Assembly (NCBI GenBank): GCA_030390025.1
Contig: CM059449.1
Span: 14,756,001 to 14,820,000, forward strand
Direction: 5' to 3'
Length of the DNA: 64,000 bases
Source: Squalus acanthias
Lineage: Eukaryota
Positions 1 to 11,657 of this stretch are shown one piece after another. Numbering within the stretch: the first letter of the stretch is position 1; every line of letters starts with the position of its first letter. The position numbers were made by a program, and so were the translations under genes. Below the pieces are notes generated by a model. It worked only from the letters and a program-made list of their open reading frames with translations. It had not been told where the DNA came from and did no database searches.

Positions 1-124
1 CTACAAGGCTACGGACCAAGAGCTGGAAAGTGGGATTAGGGTGGATAGCTCTTTGTCAGCCGGCACAGACAAGATGGGCCAAATGGCCTCCTTCTGTGCT
101 GTAAGTTTCTTTGATTCTATGATT
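1..124 (+). mobile_element. CR1 LINE 3' end
   Basis: aaatggcctccttctgtgctgt and gattctatgattc tail, shared with other CR1 ends in the window. Confidence 0.75.
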
Positions 125-295
125 CATCCTTGTAAATCTTCTCTGCACCCTCTCCAGTGCCTCTATATCCTTTTTCTAAAGTGGCGACCAGAATTGTGCG
201 CAGATCTGAATACCCTCAGTTCCTGTCTTATACCCAAGGTTTATCCAACTCTTTTTTTTAAAAGGCTTTAGTTGACACCAGAACGCTGGGGAACT

Positions 296-525
296 AATAC
301 AAAAGCAAAATACTGCGGAGACTGGAAATCTGAAATAAAAACAGAAAATGCTGGAAACACTCAGCAGGCCAGGCCAGCATCCGTGGAGAGAGAAACAGAG
401 TTAACGTTTCAGGTCGATGACCCTTGGTCAGAACTGGTAAAAGTTGGAGATGGAACAGGTTTTTAAGCAAGTTTAGGGGCAGGGAAAGGGGTGGGGGTGG
501 GGAGGAAAGAACAAAAGGGGGAACT
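296..525 (-). mobile_element. Penelope-like element terminal fragment
   Basis: Same sequence as 33290-33690 and 49485-50000; the latter adjoins GIY-YIG-like coding sequence. Confidence 0.7.
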
Positions 526-1464
526 AATCCTGAACTTGAGGTGAGGAACAACATTCGCAGGTTTCTTTTCATTGTTGCTCCCGATTGGTTGGTTGTTGGT
601 GTTACGGTGTGGGGCTGATCCTCCCCCCTCCAGGTCTGCAACCCACACCGCCTAATGCAGCAGTGCAAGAAGGTGATTCAGCAAACCAAGAACCCCGAGA
701 CAGACGGCAAGGGGGAGACCGACCGGAACATGAAGGCCGGGAGGCCAATAGGTGTTTGGGCAGAACGTGAGCTGACGGGAGTAGTGGAGAACTGAGGCAT
801 CAAAAGGGAGGAGACGGCGGGGTGCCGAGCAAACCGAGGGTGGTCCCTCGAGAGAAAGCGCCAACCGCTCGCAAAACGGTGCAGGGTAATCCACTCTGGT
901 CAACCCAGGAGACAGGTGCAAGGAGCCAATGGATGCAACAGTAGGTAAGGCAGGTCATTTAGTAGCATTGGAGACCATCTAGCTTCAGGCAACGGAGATT
1001 GACCTGGGACTGACCTGCGAGAGCCTCAACTCGCAGCATGGGGGCCGAGTCAACCTGCTACATTGAAATGAACCTTTTAATAATAATTATGATGGGCGTT
1101 TCCGTGTAGTTTTGATTCACGTAAGGTCCTTACGGTTCATCCTTTAATCCTAGATGCAGATTATCAGGGGATAGAAAGGAGGAAAAAAACCCGCCTGGTG
1201 TTAATCTGAAATACAAACAGACCGTTTTTAGTTTCCGAGAAAGGTTTCAGCGAGGAGCCTCCGTCTGATCAGAATTTCCACTGGAGAACCCCGCTGTGCA
1301 TTTGCAGCAATGTCAATTTTTACTTCAACAATCTTGTCAGTATTTGAAAGAATTGCGCCTTGAAACTACCCCGTGGCCCACTACTTGTGTCCCGGCGCTA
1401 TGCAATGACTTTGTGCGGTGTTTTAACGGGTCTGTTACCGCATCTGCTTTAAGTGGGTTAGCAT

Positions 1465-1725
1465 AGAATCATACAGCCCAGAAGGAGGCCATTCGGCCCG
1501 TCCTGGCTTTGTCCGCTCTTTGAAAGAGCTCTGCAATTACTCCCCTGCTCTTTCCCCACAGCCCTGTCACTGTTCCCCCTTCAAACATTTACCCAATTCC
1601 CTTTTGAAAGTTGCGATTGAATCTGCTTCCTCCACGTTTCAGATCCCCACAACTCGCTGCGTTGAACAAAACCTCAGTCTCTCCCTATCTACTCTATCAA
1701 AACCCCTCATCATTTCCAACACCTC
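1465..1725 (-). mobile_element. Degenerate CR1 3' end
   Basis: atagaatcatacagcccagaaggaggccattcggccc and following CR1 3' sequence. Confidence 0.75.
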
Positions 1726-1907
1726 TGTGCTTGTGATCTAGATCCTGGGTGCTGAGGCTACATTAGTTTGTTTTCTGAGTGTTTCTGTGTTTATATTAAT
1801 GTGTGGCTGTGCGAGTGTGCACCAAGAACAACTAGTGTAGTTCCCTGCGAGAATTTCTGTATCAGTGTGAGTGTGTGTGAGTGTGTGTCAGTGTGAGTGT
1901 GTGTCAG

Positions 1908-4158
1908 TACATAAGAATATAAGAACAAAGAGCAGGAGTAGTCCATAAGGCCCCTCGAGCCTGCACCGCCATTCAATAAGATCATAGCTGATCATCGACC
2001 TCAACTCCACTTTCCTGCCCGCTCTCCATATCCCTTGATTCCCCTAGAGTTCAAAAATCTATCTATCTCAGCCTTGAATACACTCAAAGACTCAGCATTC
2101 ACAGCCCTCTGGGGCAGAGAATTCCAAAGATTCACAACCCTCTGAGTGAAGAAATTCCTCCTCATCTCAGTCTTAAATGGCCGACCCCTTATCCTGAGAC
2201 TGTGCCTCCTAGTTCTAGACACTCCAGCTAGGGGAAACAACCTCTCAGCATCTACCCTGTCAATCCCCTTCAGAATCTTGTATGTTTCAATGAGATCGCC
2301 TCTCATTCTTCTAAACTCCAGAGAGTATAGGTCCATTCTACGCAATCTTTCATCATAGGACAGCCCTCTCATCCCAGGAATCAATCTAGTGAACCTTCGT
2401 TGCACCGCCTCCAAGGCAAGTATATCAAGTATATCTTAGTGCATCCGCAGTATTTTGCTATCGTACAAGTATATCCTTCCTTAGATAAGGAGACCAAAAC
2501 TGTGCACAGTACTCCAGGTGTGGTCCCACCAAGGCCCTGTACAATTGTAGCAAGACTTCCTTACTCTTATACTCCAACCTCCTTGCAATAAAGGCCAACA
2601 TGCCATTTGCCTTCCTTATTGCTTGCTGTACCTGCATGCTAGATTTTTGTGTTTCTTGCACGAGGACACCCAAATCTCTCTGAACACTAATATTTGAACA
2701 TTTCTCACCATTTAAACAATATTCTGTTTGTCTATTCTTCCTACCAAAGTGAATAACCTCACATTTCCCTACATTATACTCCATCTGCCACCTTACTGCC
2801 CTCTCACTTAGTCTATCTATATCCCTTTGCAGATTCTTTGTGTTCTCCTCAAAGCTTACTGTCCCACTTAGCTTTGTATCATCAGCAAACTTGGATACAT
2901 TACACTCGGTCCCTTCATCTAGGTCATTAATATAGATTGTAAATAGCTGAGGCCCCAACACTGATCCTTGTGGCACCCCACTAGTTACAGCCTGCCAACC
3001 TGAGACAGATCCATTTATCCCTACTCTCTGTTTTCTGTCCGTTAACCAATCCTCTACCCTTGCTACTATATTACCCCCAACCCCATGAGCGCTAATCTTA
3101 TGTAATAACCTTTTATGTGGCACCTAACGAATACCTTTTGGAAATCTAAATATACTACATCCACTGATTTCCCTTTATCTACCCTGCTTGTTACATCCTC
3201 AAAAAACTCTTAATAAATTTGTCAAACACGATTTCCCTTTCATAAAACCATGTTGACTCTGCCTAATCATGTTATGATTTTCTAAGTGACTTGATACCAC
3301 TTCCTTAACAATGGATTCCAGCATTTTCCCGACGACTGATGTCAAGCTAACTGGCCTGTAGTTCCCTGTTTTTTCTCTCCCTCCTTTCTTGAATAGCGGT
3401 GTTACATTTGCGACCTTCCAATCTGCTGGGACCATTCTGGAATCTAGGGAATTTTGGAAGATCAAAACCAATGCATCCACTATCTCTTCAGCCACCTCTT
3501 TTAGAACCCTAGGATGTAGGCCGTCAGATCCAAGGGATTTGTCAACTTTTAGTCCCATTAGTTTCTCTAGTACTTTTTCTCTACTTATATTAATTACGTT
3601 AAGTTCCTCACCCTCATTAGACCCTTGGTTCCCCACCATTTTTGGTATGCTTTTTGTGTCTTTTACTGTGAAGACAGATACAAAATATTTGTTTAACATT
3701 TCTGCCTTTTCCTTATTCCCCATAATAATTTCTCCTGTCTCAGCCTCTAAGGGACAAATGTTTACTTTTGCTACTCTTTTCCTTTTTACATACTTGTAGA
3801 AACTCTTACAATCTGCTTTTATATTTCTTGCGAGTTTTCTCTCATTCTATTTTTTCCCTTTTTATCAATTTTTTGGTCAACCTTTGCTGGTTTCTGAAAC
3901 TCTCCCAATCCTCAGGCTTACTATTATTCTTTACAACATTATAAGCTTCTTCTTTCAATCTAATGCTACCCTTAACTTTTTTAGTTAGCCACAGTTGGAT
4001 CACTTTTCCCGTAGAGTTTTTGTTTCTCAATGAAATGTATTTTTGTTGAGAATTATGAAATATTTGCTAATTAACCCTGTCTCATTACACAATACAAGAT
4101 CTAAAATAGCCTGTTCCCTGGTTGGTTCCATGACATATTATTCTAGGAAACTGTCCCT
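1908..4158 (-). mobile_element. CR1 LINE, 5'-truncated, disrupted ORF2
   Basis: Minus-strand ORFs 2001-2414, 2458-3123, 3199-3723 and 3842-4030 carry RT motifs ([22 protein letters not shown]). Confidence 0.95.
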
Positions 4159-4159
4159 G

Positions 4160-4720
4160 TATCTGTGTGAGTGTGTGTCTGTTTGAGTGTGTGTGTGTGT
4201 GTGTACCTCTGAGTGTGTGTGTGTGTGTACCTTGAGTGTGTCTGTGTTGTGTACCTATGTGTGAGTGTGTATCTGTGTTGTGTAGCTATGAGTGTGTCTG
4301 TCTTTATATCTCTGAGTGTGTGTGTGTGTTTCTGTATAGCTCTGAGTGCATGTCTGTGTATCCATCTGTGTGAATATCGCTCTGTTATTGCGGCAATATT
4401 TATTTGTGCCTGTGTGAATGTGTCAATTTTAATACCTATATATCTGCCTGAACATCAGTGTTACTGTAATAAAAACAGAAAATGCTGGAGATACTCAGCA
4501 GGCCAGGCTGAGCAGCTCCAGCATTTTCTGTGTTTATTTCAGATTTCCAGCATCTGCAGTATTTTCTTTTTGTATCTGTTTCACTGTGTGTGTCTGTGTG
4601 AATATCTCTGTCAGTGTGACTAAGTTTTTTCGTGTCTGTGTGAATATGTGTATATTAATATCTATATATCTGTGTGAATGTCTGTGTCAGTGTGTGAATA
4701 TCTCTCTGTCTGTGAGCGGG
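4160..4720. repeat. Degenerate (TG)n-rich low-complexity tract containing an inverted pair of Penelope-like ends (4468-4570)
   Basis: Visible TG/GA repeats; aataaaaacagaaaatgctggag...ctccagcattttctgtgtttatt palindrome. Confidence 0.8.
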
Positions 4721-4724
4721 TTTC

Positions 4725-5230
4725 TGTACTATTGAGGAAAGCTCGCAGCCTGCACTGATCACAAGTACATCCTGCTCATTCTAACAGCCAGCACGTATTT
4801 GTCTTTCACTCGTGTGAAAAAAAACAGCTTCGGTTAAAATTGTCACACTTCGCGTTACACTGTCCGACTCTGAAGACCAGGTGGTTCTGTGCGTGTGACA
4901 AGCCGACCGCTTACCAGATTAAAACAGAGCGAGCGGTTCGCCTGCAGCAGTCATTCAGACCGCGTTAGCAGCACAATAGGCGCATTTATTTATATACCCG
5001 GCGAACGGAGCGTGGAAACGGCGCTGCTCCAAGTTGCACGACTGTAAAGCGCTTGCACGTAGGGCCCAGAGGTCGAGCTCAGTGCAAAGTTTGTTCAATA
5101 ATACGCCTGCAAAGTGATCTATGTTTAATCAGCGAACAAGCTCACATCTTGCAAGAAGCCAGTGTGCGGATAATGCTTTCAGATAACAATTGTCCGATTT
5201 ATGTGAAAAAATCTCACGCCTCCAGCAAAG
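4725..5230 (+). promoter_or_regulatory. Candidate promoter and non-coding first exon of the receptor gene
   Basis: The leader exon starts with a splice acceptor, so an upstream exon is implied. This is a non-repeat, CpG-retaining island with GAGGAA (~4734), TGTCACACT (~4841), TTTATATA (~4989) and a donor-like CAAAG|GTAGAG at 5230. Motifs only. Confidence 0.3.
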
Positions 5231-5299
5231 GTAGAGTTTAGAAATATATATAAATGTCTTTACCCCAGGGCAGAATGGGAATATAGAACAGGCTATAAA

Positions 5300-5642
5300 G
5301 CAGTGTATACCATCTACAAGATGCACTGCAGCAACTCGCCAAGGCTTCTTCCGCAGCACCTCCCAAACCCGCGCCCTCCACCACCTAGAAGGACGAGGGC
5401 AGCAGGCGCTTGGGAACACCTCCAAGTTCCCCTCCAAGTCACACACCATCCTGACTTGGAAATATATCGGCCGTTCCTTCATCGTCGCTGGGTCAATATC
5501 CTGCAAATCCTCTCTAACAGCACTGCGGGAGCACCTTCACCACAAGGTTCAAGAAGGCAGCTCACCACCACCTTCTCAAGAGCAGCTAGGGATGGGCAAT
5601 AAATGCTGGACTTGCCACATCCAGTGAAAGAATGAAAGAAAG
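5300..5642 (+). mobile_element. 3' end of a CR1/L2-group LINE (family also at 38468-38845 +, 43168-44160 -, 51583-52085 +)
   Basis: Shared TIYKMHCSNSPRLLRQHLPNPRP coding segment and gggatgggcaataaatgc tail. Confidence 0.85.
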
Positions 5643-6721
5643 AAACCCAGGGAAGGGAGTTGACTAGGGATGAGTTGAGCTGGATGATTGCTGTTGAATT
5701 GGGACTCGGGGTAACAGCGGTATTAATAGCGTTGCTAGATTTTATCGTTATCCAGGGGAGTGAGCTCGACGTCAGCATGTGCTAGCGAACAATATCAAAT
5801 CAGCAAGACTTAACACACTCCTATCAAGTTCCTCTCTCCTATTTTAACCCAGGCATTAAGATAGGGTTACCGAGGACAATTCCTAGCTTTTAATGTTCCA
5901 TAAAGGCGGGGATCTGTAGGCGGTTGCACCCCGGGAGAATCCATGGATTAGATCTTGACTTGGCGCGTGAGTGTAAAGCGGGCGATAGCGAGTCAGCAGG
6001 CCTGTTTTACATCCCTTCCAATAGACGTCAGTAGGAATAAATATTGGGAGAGCTGTGAAACGGGCTGCTGATTCTCAGGGGTTTCCAATTTACCAGTTCT
6101 GATGAAGGATACTCTCTAAAACACGTTCTCTTTCAGGGGCTGACTGGGCTACTGCGGATTCCTGGCACTTCCTGTATTAATTTCAGATAGTCCCTGTGTT
6201 TATTTTTATTCAGTCTATCAGTGTTGGCTGAAGAGCTGGCTGTCATTTTAAAAGTTTTATTATAAAGGTAATGGCCCCAAAATTATTTTATATTTATTCT
6301 ATAAGATAGCAGAGGAATGCTCAATTCAGTGTTGCAACACTACTCGGTCCATTATTCTAAAGAAGAGGTTAGCCCCTTTATTATAATAGGTATAGACTTC
6401 TGCTAAAATTGTAGCTGGTGGAAAGTTTCACCATTACACACTAGGCGGAGAATGTCACACTCGATAATTTCTATTTTGTTAAAAATTAAGGGTTTAGACA
6501 TAACTGTAGAATGTCGCTGAATATATTGTACATTATGCATTCTGAAATATTGCAGCATTTAATATGACATTCTTCTTTATTTTCTAATCTCACGGTTTAT
6601 CTCTCATCAGATTTAAAGTATTTTTTTTGTCCCTCTGCTTATTTGTCTTTCCCGCCTGTTCCCAGAGGTGAGGGACTAGAGCTGGAAAATACTTAGCTAT
6701 CACATTACATCTAATCAATCA

Positions 6722-9700
6722 CACCCAACGTGGTCACCCAATCCCCACCCAACATGGCAAATCAACCCTCACCCAAAATGGTCACCCAATCCCCACCCAA
6801 CATGGTCACCCAATCCCACCCAACATGGTCACCCAATCCTCACCCAACATGGTCACCCAATCCACACCCAACATGGTCACCCAATCCTCACCCAACATGG
6901 TCACCCAATCCTCACCCAACATGGTCACCCAATCCCACCCAACATGGTCACCCAATCCACACCCAACATGGTCACCCAATCCCCACCCAACATGGTCACC
7001 CAATCCTCACCCAACATGGTCACCCAATCCTCACCCAACATGGTCACCCAATCCACACCCAACATGGTCACCCAATCCACACCCAACATGGTCACCCAAT
7101 CCTCACCCAACATGGTCACCCAATCCTCACCCAACATGGTCACCCAATCCACACCCAACATGGCCACCCAATCCACACCCAACATGGCCACCCAATCCAC
7201 ACCCAACATGGTCACCCAATCCACACCCAACATGGCCACCCAATCCACACCCAACATGGCACCCAATCCACACCCAACATGGTCACCCAATCCTCACCCA
7301 ACATGGTCACCCAATCCTCACCCAACATGGTCACCCAATCCACACCCAACATGGTCACCCAATCCACACCCAACATGGTCACCAATCCCCACCCAACATG
7401 GTCACCCAATCCCACCCAACATGGTCACCCAATCCTCACCCAACATGGTCACCCAATCCCACCCAACATGGTCACCCAATCCTCACCCAACATGGTCACC
7501 CAATCCACACCCAACATGGTCACCCAATCCACACCCAACATGGTCACCCAATCCCCACCCAACATGGTCACCCAATCCTCACCCAACATGGTCACCCAAT
7601 CCTCACCCAACATGGTCACCCAATCCTCACCCAACATGGTCACCCAATCCTCACCCAACATGGTCACCCAATCCTCACCCAACATGGTCACCCAATCCTC
7701 ACCCAACATGGTCACCCAATCCACACCCAACATGGTCACCCAATCCCCACCCAACATGGTCACCCAATCCCCACCCAACATGGTCACCCAATCCCCACCC
7801 AACATGGTCACCCAATCCTCACCCAACATGGTCACCCAATCCACACCCAACATGGTCACCCAATCCCCACCCAACATGGTCACCCAATCCACACCCAACA
7901 TGGTCACCCAATCCACACCCAACATGGTCACCCAATCCTCACCCAACATGGTCACCCAATCCTCACCCAACATGGTCACCCAATCCGCACCCAACATGGT
8001 CACCCAATCCACACCCAACATGGTCACCCAATCCACACCCAACATGGTCACCCAATCCGCACCCAACATGGTCACCCAATCCACACCCAACATGGTCACC
8101 CAATCCACACCCAACATGGTCACCCAATCCCCACCCAACATGGTCACCCAATCCACACCCAACATGGTCACCCAATCCTCACCCAACATGGTCACCCAAT
8201 CCACACCCAACATGGCCACCCAATCCACACCCAACATGGCCACCCAATCCTCACCCAACATGGTCACCCAATCCTCACCCAACATGGTCACCCAATCCTC
8301 ACCCAACATGGTCACCCAATCCTCACCCAACATGGTCACCCAATCCTCACCCAACATGGTCACCTAATCCTCACCCAACATGTGGCGAATGTTGTTCCTC
8401 TCTTCAAGAAAGGAAATAGGAATGACCCTGGTAATTATAGGCCGGTTAGTCTTACTTCGGTGGTTGGTAAGATAATGGAAAAGGTCCTGAGGGATAGGAT
8501 TTATGACCATTTGGAAAGGGGCAACTTAATCAGGGATAGTCAACACGGATTCGTGAAGGGTAAGTCTTGCCTAACAAATTTGATTGAATTCTTTGAGGAG
8601 GTAACTAAGTGTGTAGATGAAGGTAGAGCAGTTGATGTCGTATACATGGATTTTAGTAAGGCGTTTGATAAGGTTCCCCATGGTCGTCTCATGAAGAAAG
8701 TAAGGAGTTGTGGGATAGAGGGAAATTTGGCCGATTGGATAAGTAACTGGCTAACTCATAGAAGGCAGAGGGTGGTGGTGGATGGAACATTTTCGGACTG
8801 GAGACCAGTTACCAGCGGTGTGCCACAGGGGTCGGTGCTGGGTCCTCTGCTGTTTGTGATTTTTATCAATGACTTGGAGGAGGGGACTGAAGGGTGGATC
8901 AGTAAATTTGCTGATGACACCAAGATTGGTGGAGTAGTGGATGAGGTGGAGGGCAGTTGTAGGCTGCAAAGAGACATTGATAGGATGCAGAGCTGGGCCG
9001 AAAAATGGCAGATGGAATTTAACCCTGATAAGTGCGAGGTGATTCATTTTGGTAGGGCAAATTTGAATAAGGATTACAGGGTCAACGGCAGGGTTCTGAG
9101 GAACGTGGAGGAGCAGAGGGATCTGGGGGTTCATATCCACAGATCTCTGAAGGTTGCCACTCAAGTGGATAGAGCAGTAAAGAAGGCCTATGGTGTGTTA
9201 GCGTTTATTAACAGAGGGTTTGAGTTTAAGAACCGTGAGGTTATGCTGCAACTGTACAGGACCTTGGTGAGACCACATTTGGAATATTGTGCGCAGTTCT
9301 GGTCACCTCACTATAGGAAGGACGTAGAAGCATTGGAAAGAGTGCAAAGGAGATTTACCAGGATGCTGCCTGGTTTGGGGGGGAGGTCTTATGAGGAAAG
9401 ATTGAGGGAGTTGGGGCTTTTCTCTTTAGAGCGGAGGAGGATGAGAGGCGACTTAATAGAGGTTTATAAGATGATGAGGGGGATAGATAGAGTGGATGTT
9501 CAGAGACTATTTCCTCGGGTAGAGGCAGCTGTTACAAGGGGGCATAACTATAAGGTGCATGGGGGGAGATATAGAAGGGATGTCCGAGGTAGATTCTTTA
9601 CTCAGAGAGTGGTTGGGGTGTGGAATGGACTGCCTGCTGTGATAGTGGAGTCGGACACTTTAGGAACTTTCAAGCGGTTATTGGATAAGCACATGGAGCA

Positions 9701-10680
9701 CACCAGAGTGAGAGGGAGTGTGATAGCTTGATCTTGGTCTCGGACAATGCTCGGCACAACATCGAGGGCCGAAGGGCCTGTACTGTGCTGTACTGTTCTA
9801 TGTTCTATGTTCTATGTTCACCCAATCCTCACCCAACATGGTCACCCAATCCCACCCAACATGGTCACCCAATCCCCACCCAACATGGTCACCCAATCCC
9901 CACCCAACATGGTCACCCAATCCACACCCAACATGGTCACCCAATCCACACCCAACATGGTCACCCAATCCTCACCCAACATGGTCACCCAATCCTCACC
10001 CAACATGGTCACCCAATCCTCACCCAACATGGTCACCCAATCCTCACCCAACATGGTCACCCAATCCCCACCCAACATGGTCACCCAATCCTCACCCAAC
10101 ATGGTCACCCAATCCTCACCCAACATGGTCACCCAATCCACACCCAACATGGTCACCCAATCCCCACCCAACATGGTCACCCAATCCCCACCCAACATGG
10201 CCACCCAATCCTCACCCAACATGGTCACCCAATCCACACCCAACATGGTCACCCAATCCACACCCAACATGGTCACCCAATCCACACCCAACATGGTCAC
10301 CGAATCCACACCAACATGGTCACCCAATCCACACCCAACATGGTCACCCAATCCACACCCAACATGGTCACCCAATCCACACCCAACATGGCCACCCAAT
10401 CCACACCCAACATGGTCACCCAATCCACACCCAATATGGTCACCGAATCCACACCCAACATGGTCACCCAATCCTCACCCAACATGGTCACCCAATCCAC
10501 ACCCAACATGGCCACCCAATCCACACCCAACATGGTCACCCAATCCTCACCCAACATGGTCACCCAATCCTCACCCAACATGGTCACCCAATCCTCACCC
10601 AACATGGTCACCCAATCCACACCCAACATGGTCACCCAATCCTCACCCAACATGGTCACCCAATCCATATCACCAACATA
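6722..10680. repeat. 24-bp minisatellite CCCAACATGGTCACCCAATCC(A/T/C/G)CA, ~105 units in two arms split by a CR1
   Basis: Directly visible tandem array, 6722-8382 and 9819-10680. Confidence 0.97.
8383..9818 (+). mobile_element. Young 5'-truncated CR1 LINE with uninterrupted RT-to-C-terminus frame
   Basis: [41 protein letters not shown], open to the stop at 9731; 3' UTR ending in (TTCTATG)n. Confidence 0.96.
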
Positions 10681-11614
10681 GTTGCCCAGAGTATTAAACC
10701 AGAGAAACAGCAGCACATTTATAGACACAGAGAAAGAGTTTCCTGCACATTTGCACCCAGATACACATGTAATCTGGGCGCGCACCAAATATATGTTTTA
10801 CATGTGCAATTTTTGGTGTAATTGAGTTGCACTTGCACCTACCATATGGCCAAGTCTTCTTGATGTCTTACGGTCCAGCAACCCTTCTCTCCAATCTAAT
10901 CTCCGCCCACAAAACTGGCCACGCCCCAACTCTCGAAACTGAGTATCCTCCAATTTCGCTCGTTGGACCAGATTTTCAGGCGCATCAGGAAACAATGATA
11001 TTTGTTTTTCCTTGTTGCAATTTTTATGCATTTTTAAAATAAATTGTCCTCACTGGGAGCTGCACTACATTTTGTGCTTCTTTTAATGCATTTTTATGGC
11101 AAAGTATAAGTCAGATTAGAAATTGAAAAGCAGGTTCTTTAAAGTACCGTACCTGATGTGCTTGGATGATAGTTCAATGAAATGAAACTTTTAATTTTAA
11201 GACTTGAAGAAGAAATATATTGAAATAAAAACAGAAAATGCTGGAAATGCTCAGCAGGTCAGGCAGCATCTGTCGAGAGAGAAACAGAATTAACGTTTCA
11301 GGTGAAAGACCTTTCAGCAGAAATATACTGATGCGGGTTCAGGAGTTTCCTTGGGCCCCATTGGTCTATTTTGCTTTACGCCTATTTTAAGTTCGGGCAT
11401 ATTCTAATGAGATTGGGAGGATACTTGGGTGTAATTTGACGTTGGCAATTTCGGTTGCAATTTCCAGGTTGCGCCCAAGGAGGAAAGTCCAGGCCCCGAT
11501 TCCCATCTTTCGTGGCTTTCACCGTCCCAATTGCAATGACGTTTGCCATTTTCTAACCTCGCTCTGCTAACGTCATGCTTTGTCTAATTTATTTGTCCTC
11601 CCACTGCAGGAAAA

Positions 11615-11657
11615 ATGAACCCCAGCCCCGTCCTATGGATACTGGCTGTCTTCTCGG
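11615..11657 (+). CDS. NCR3: Leader (signal peptide) exon MNPSPVLWILAVFS-G, phase 1
   Basis: Acceptor tttgtcctcccactgcag ends 11609; AAAATGA start context; hydrophobic peptide; donor TCGG|GTAAGC; phase matches all four V exons. Confidence 0.85.

Noticed and set aside
6730-10821. Mucin-, His- or Pro-rich ORFs, and the 968-aa repeat-RT fusion as a real gene
   Set aside because: The 24-bp minisatellite is open in several frames; the fusion is a chance in-frame junction with a truncated CR1.
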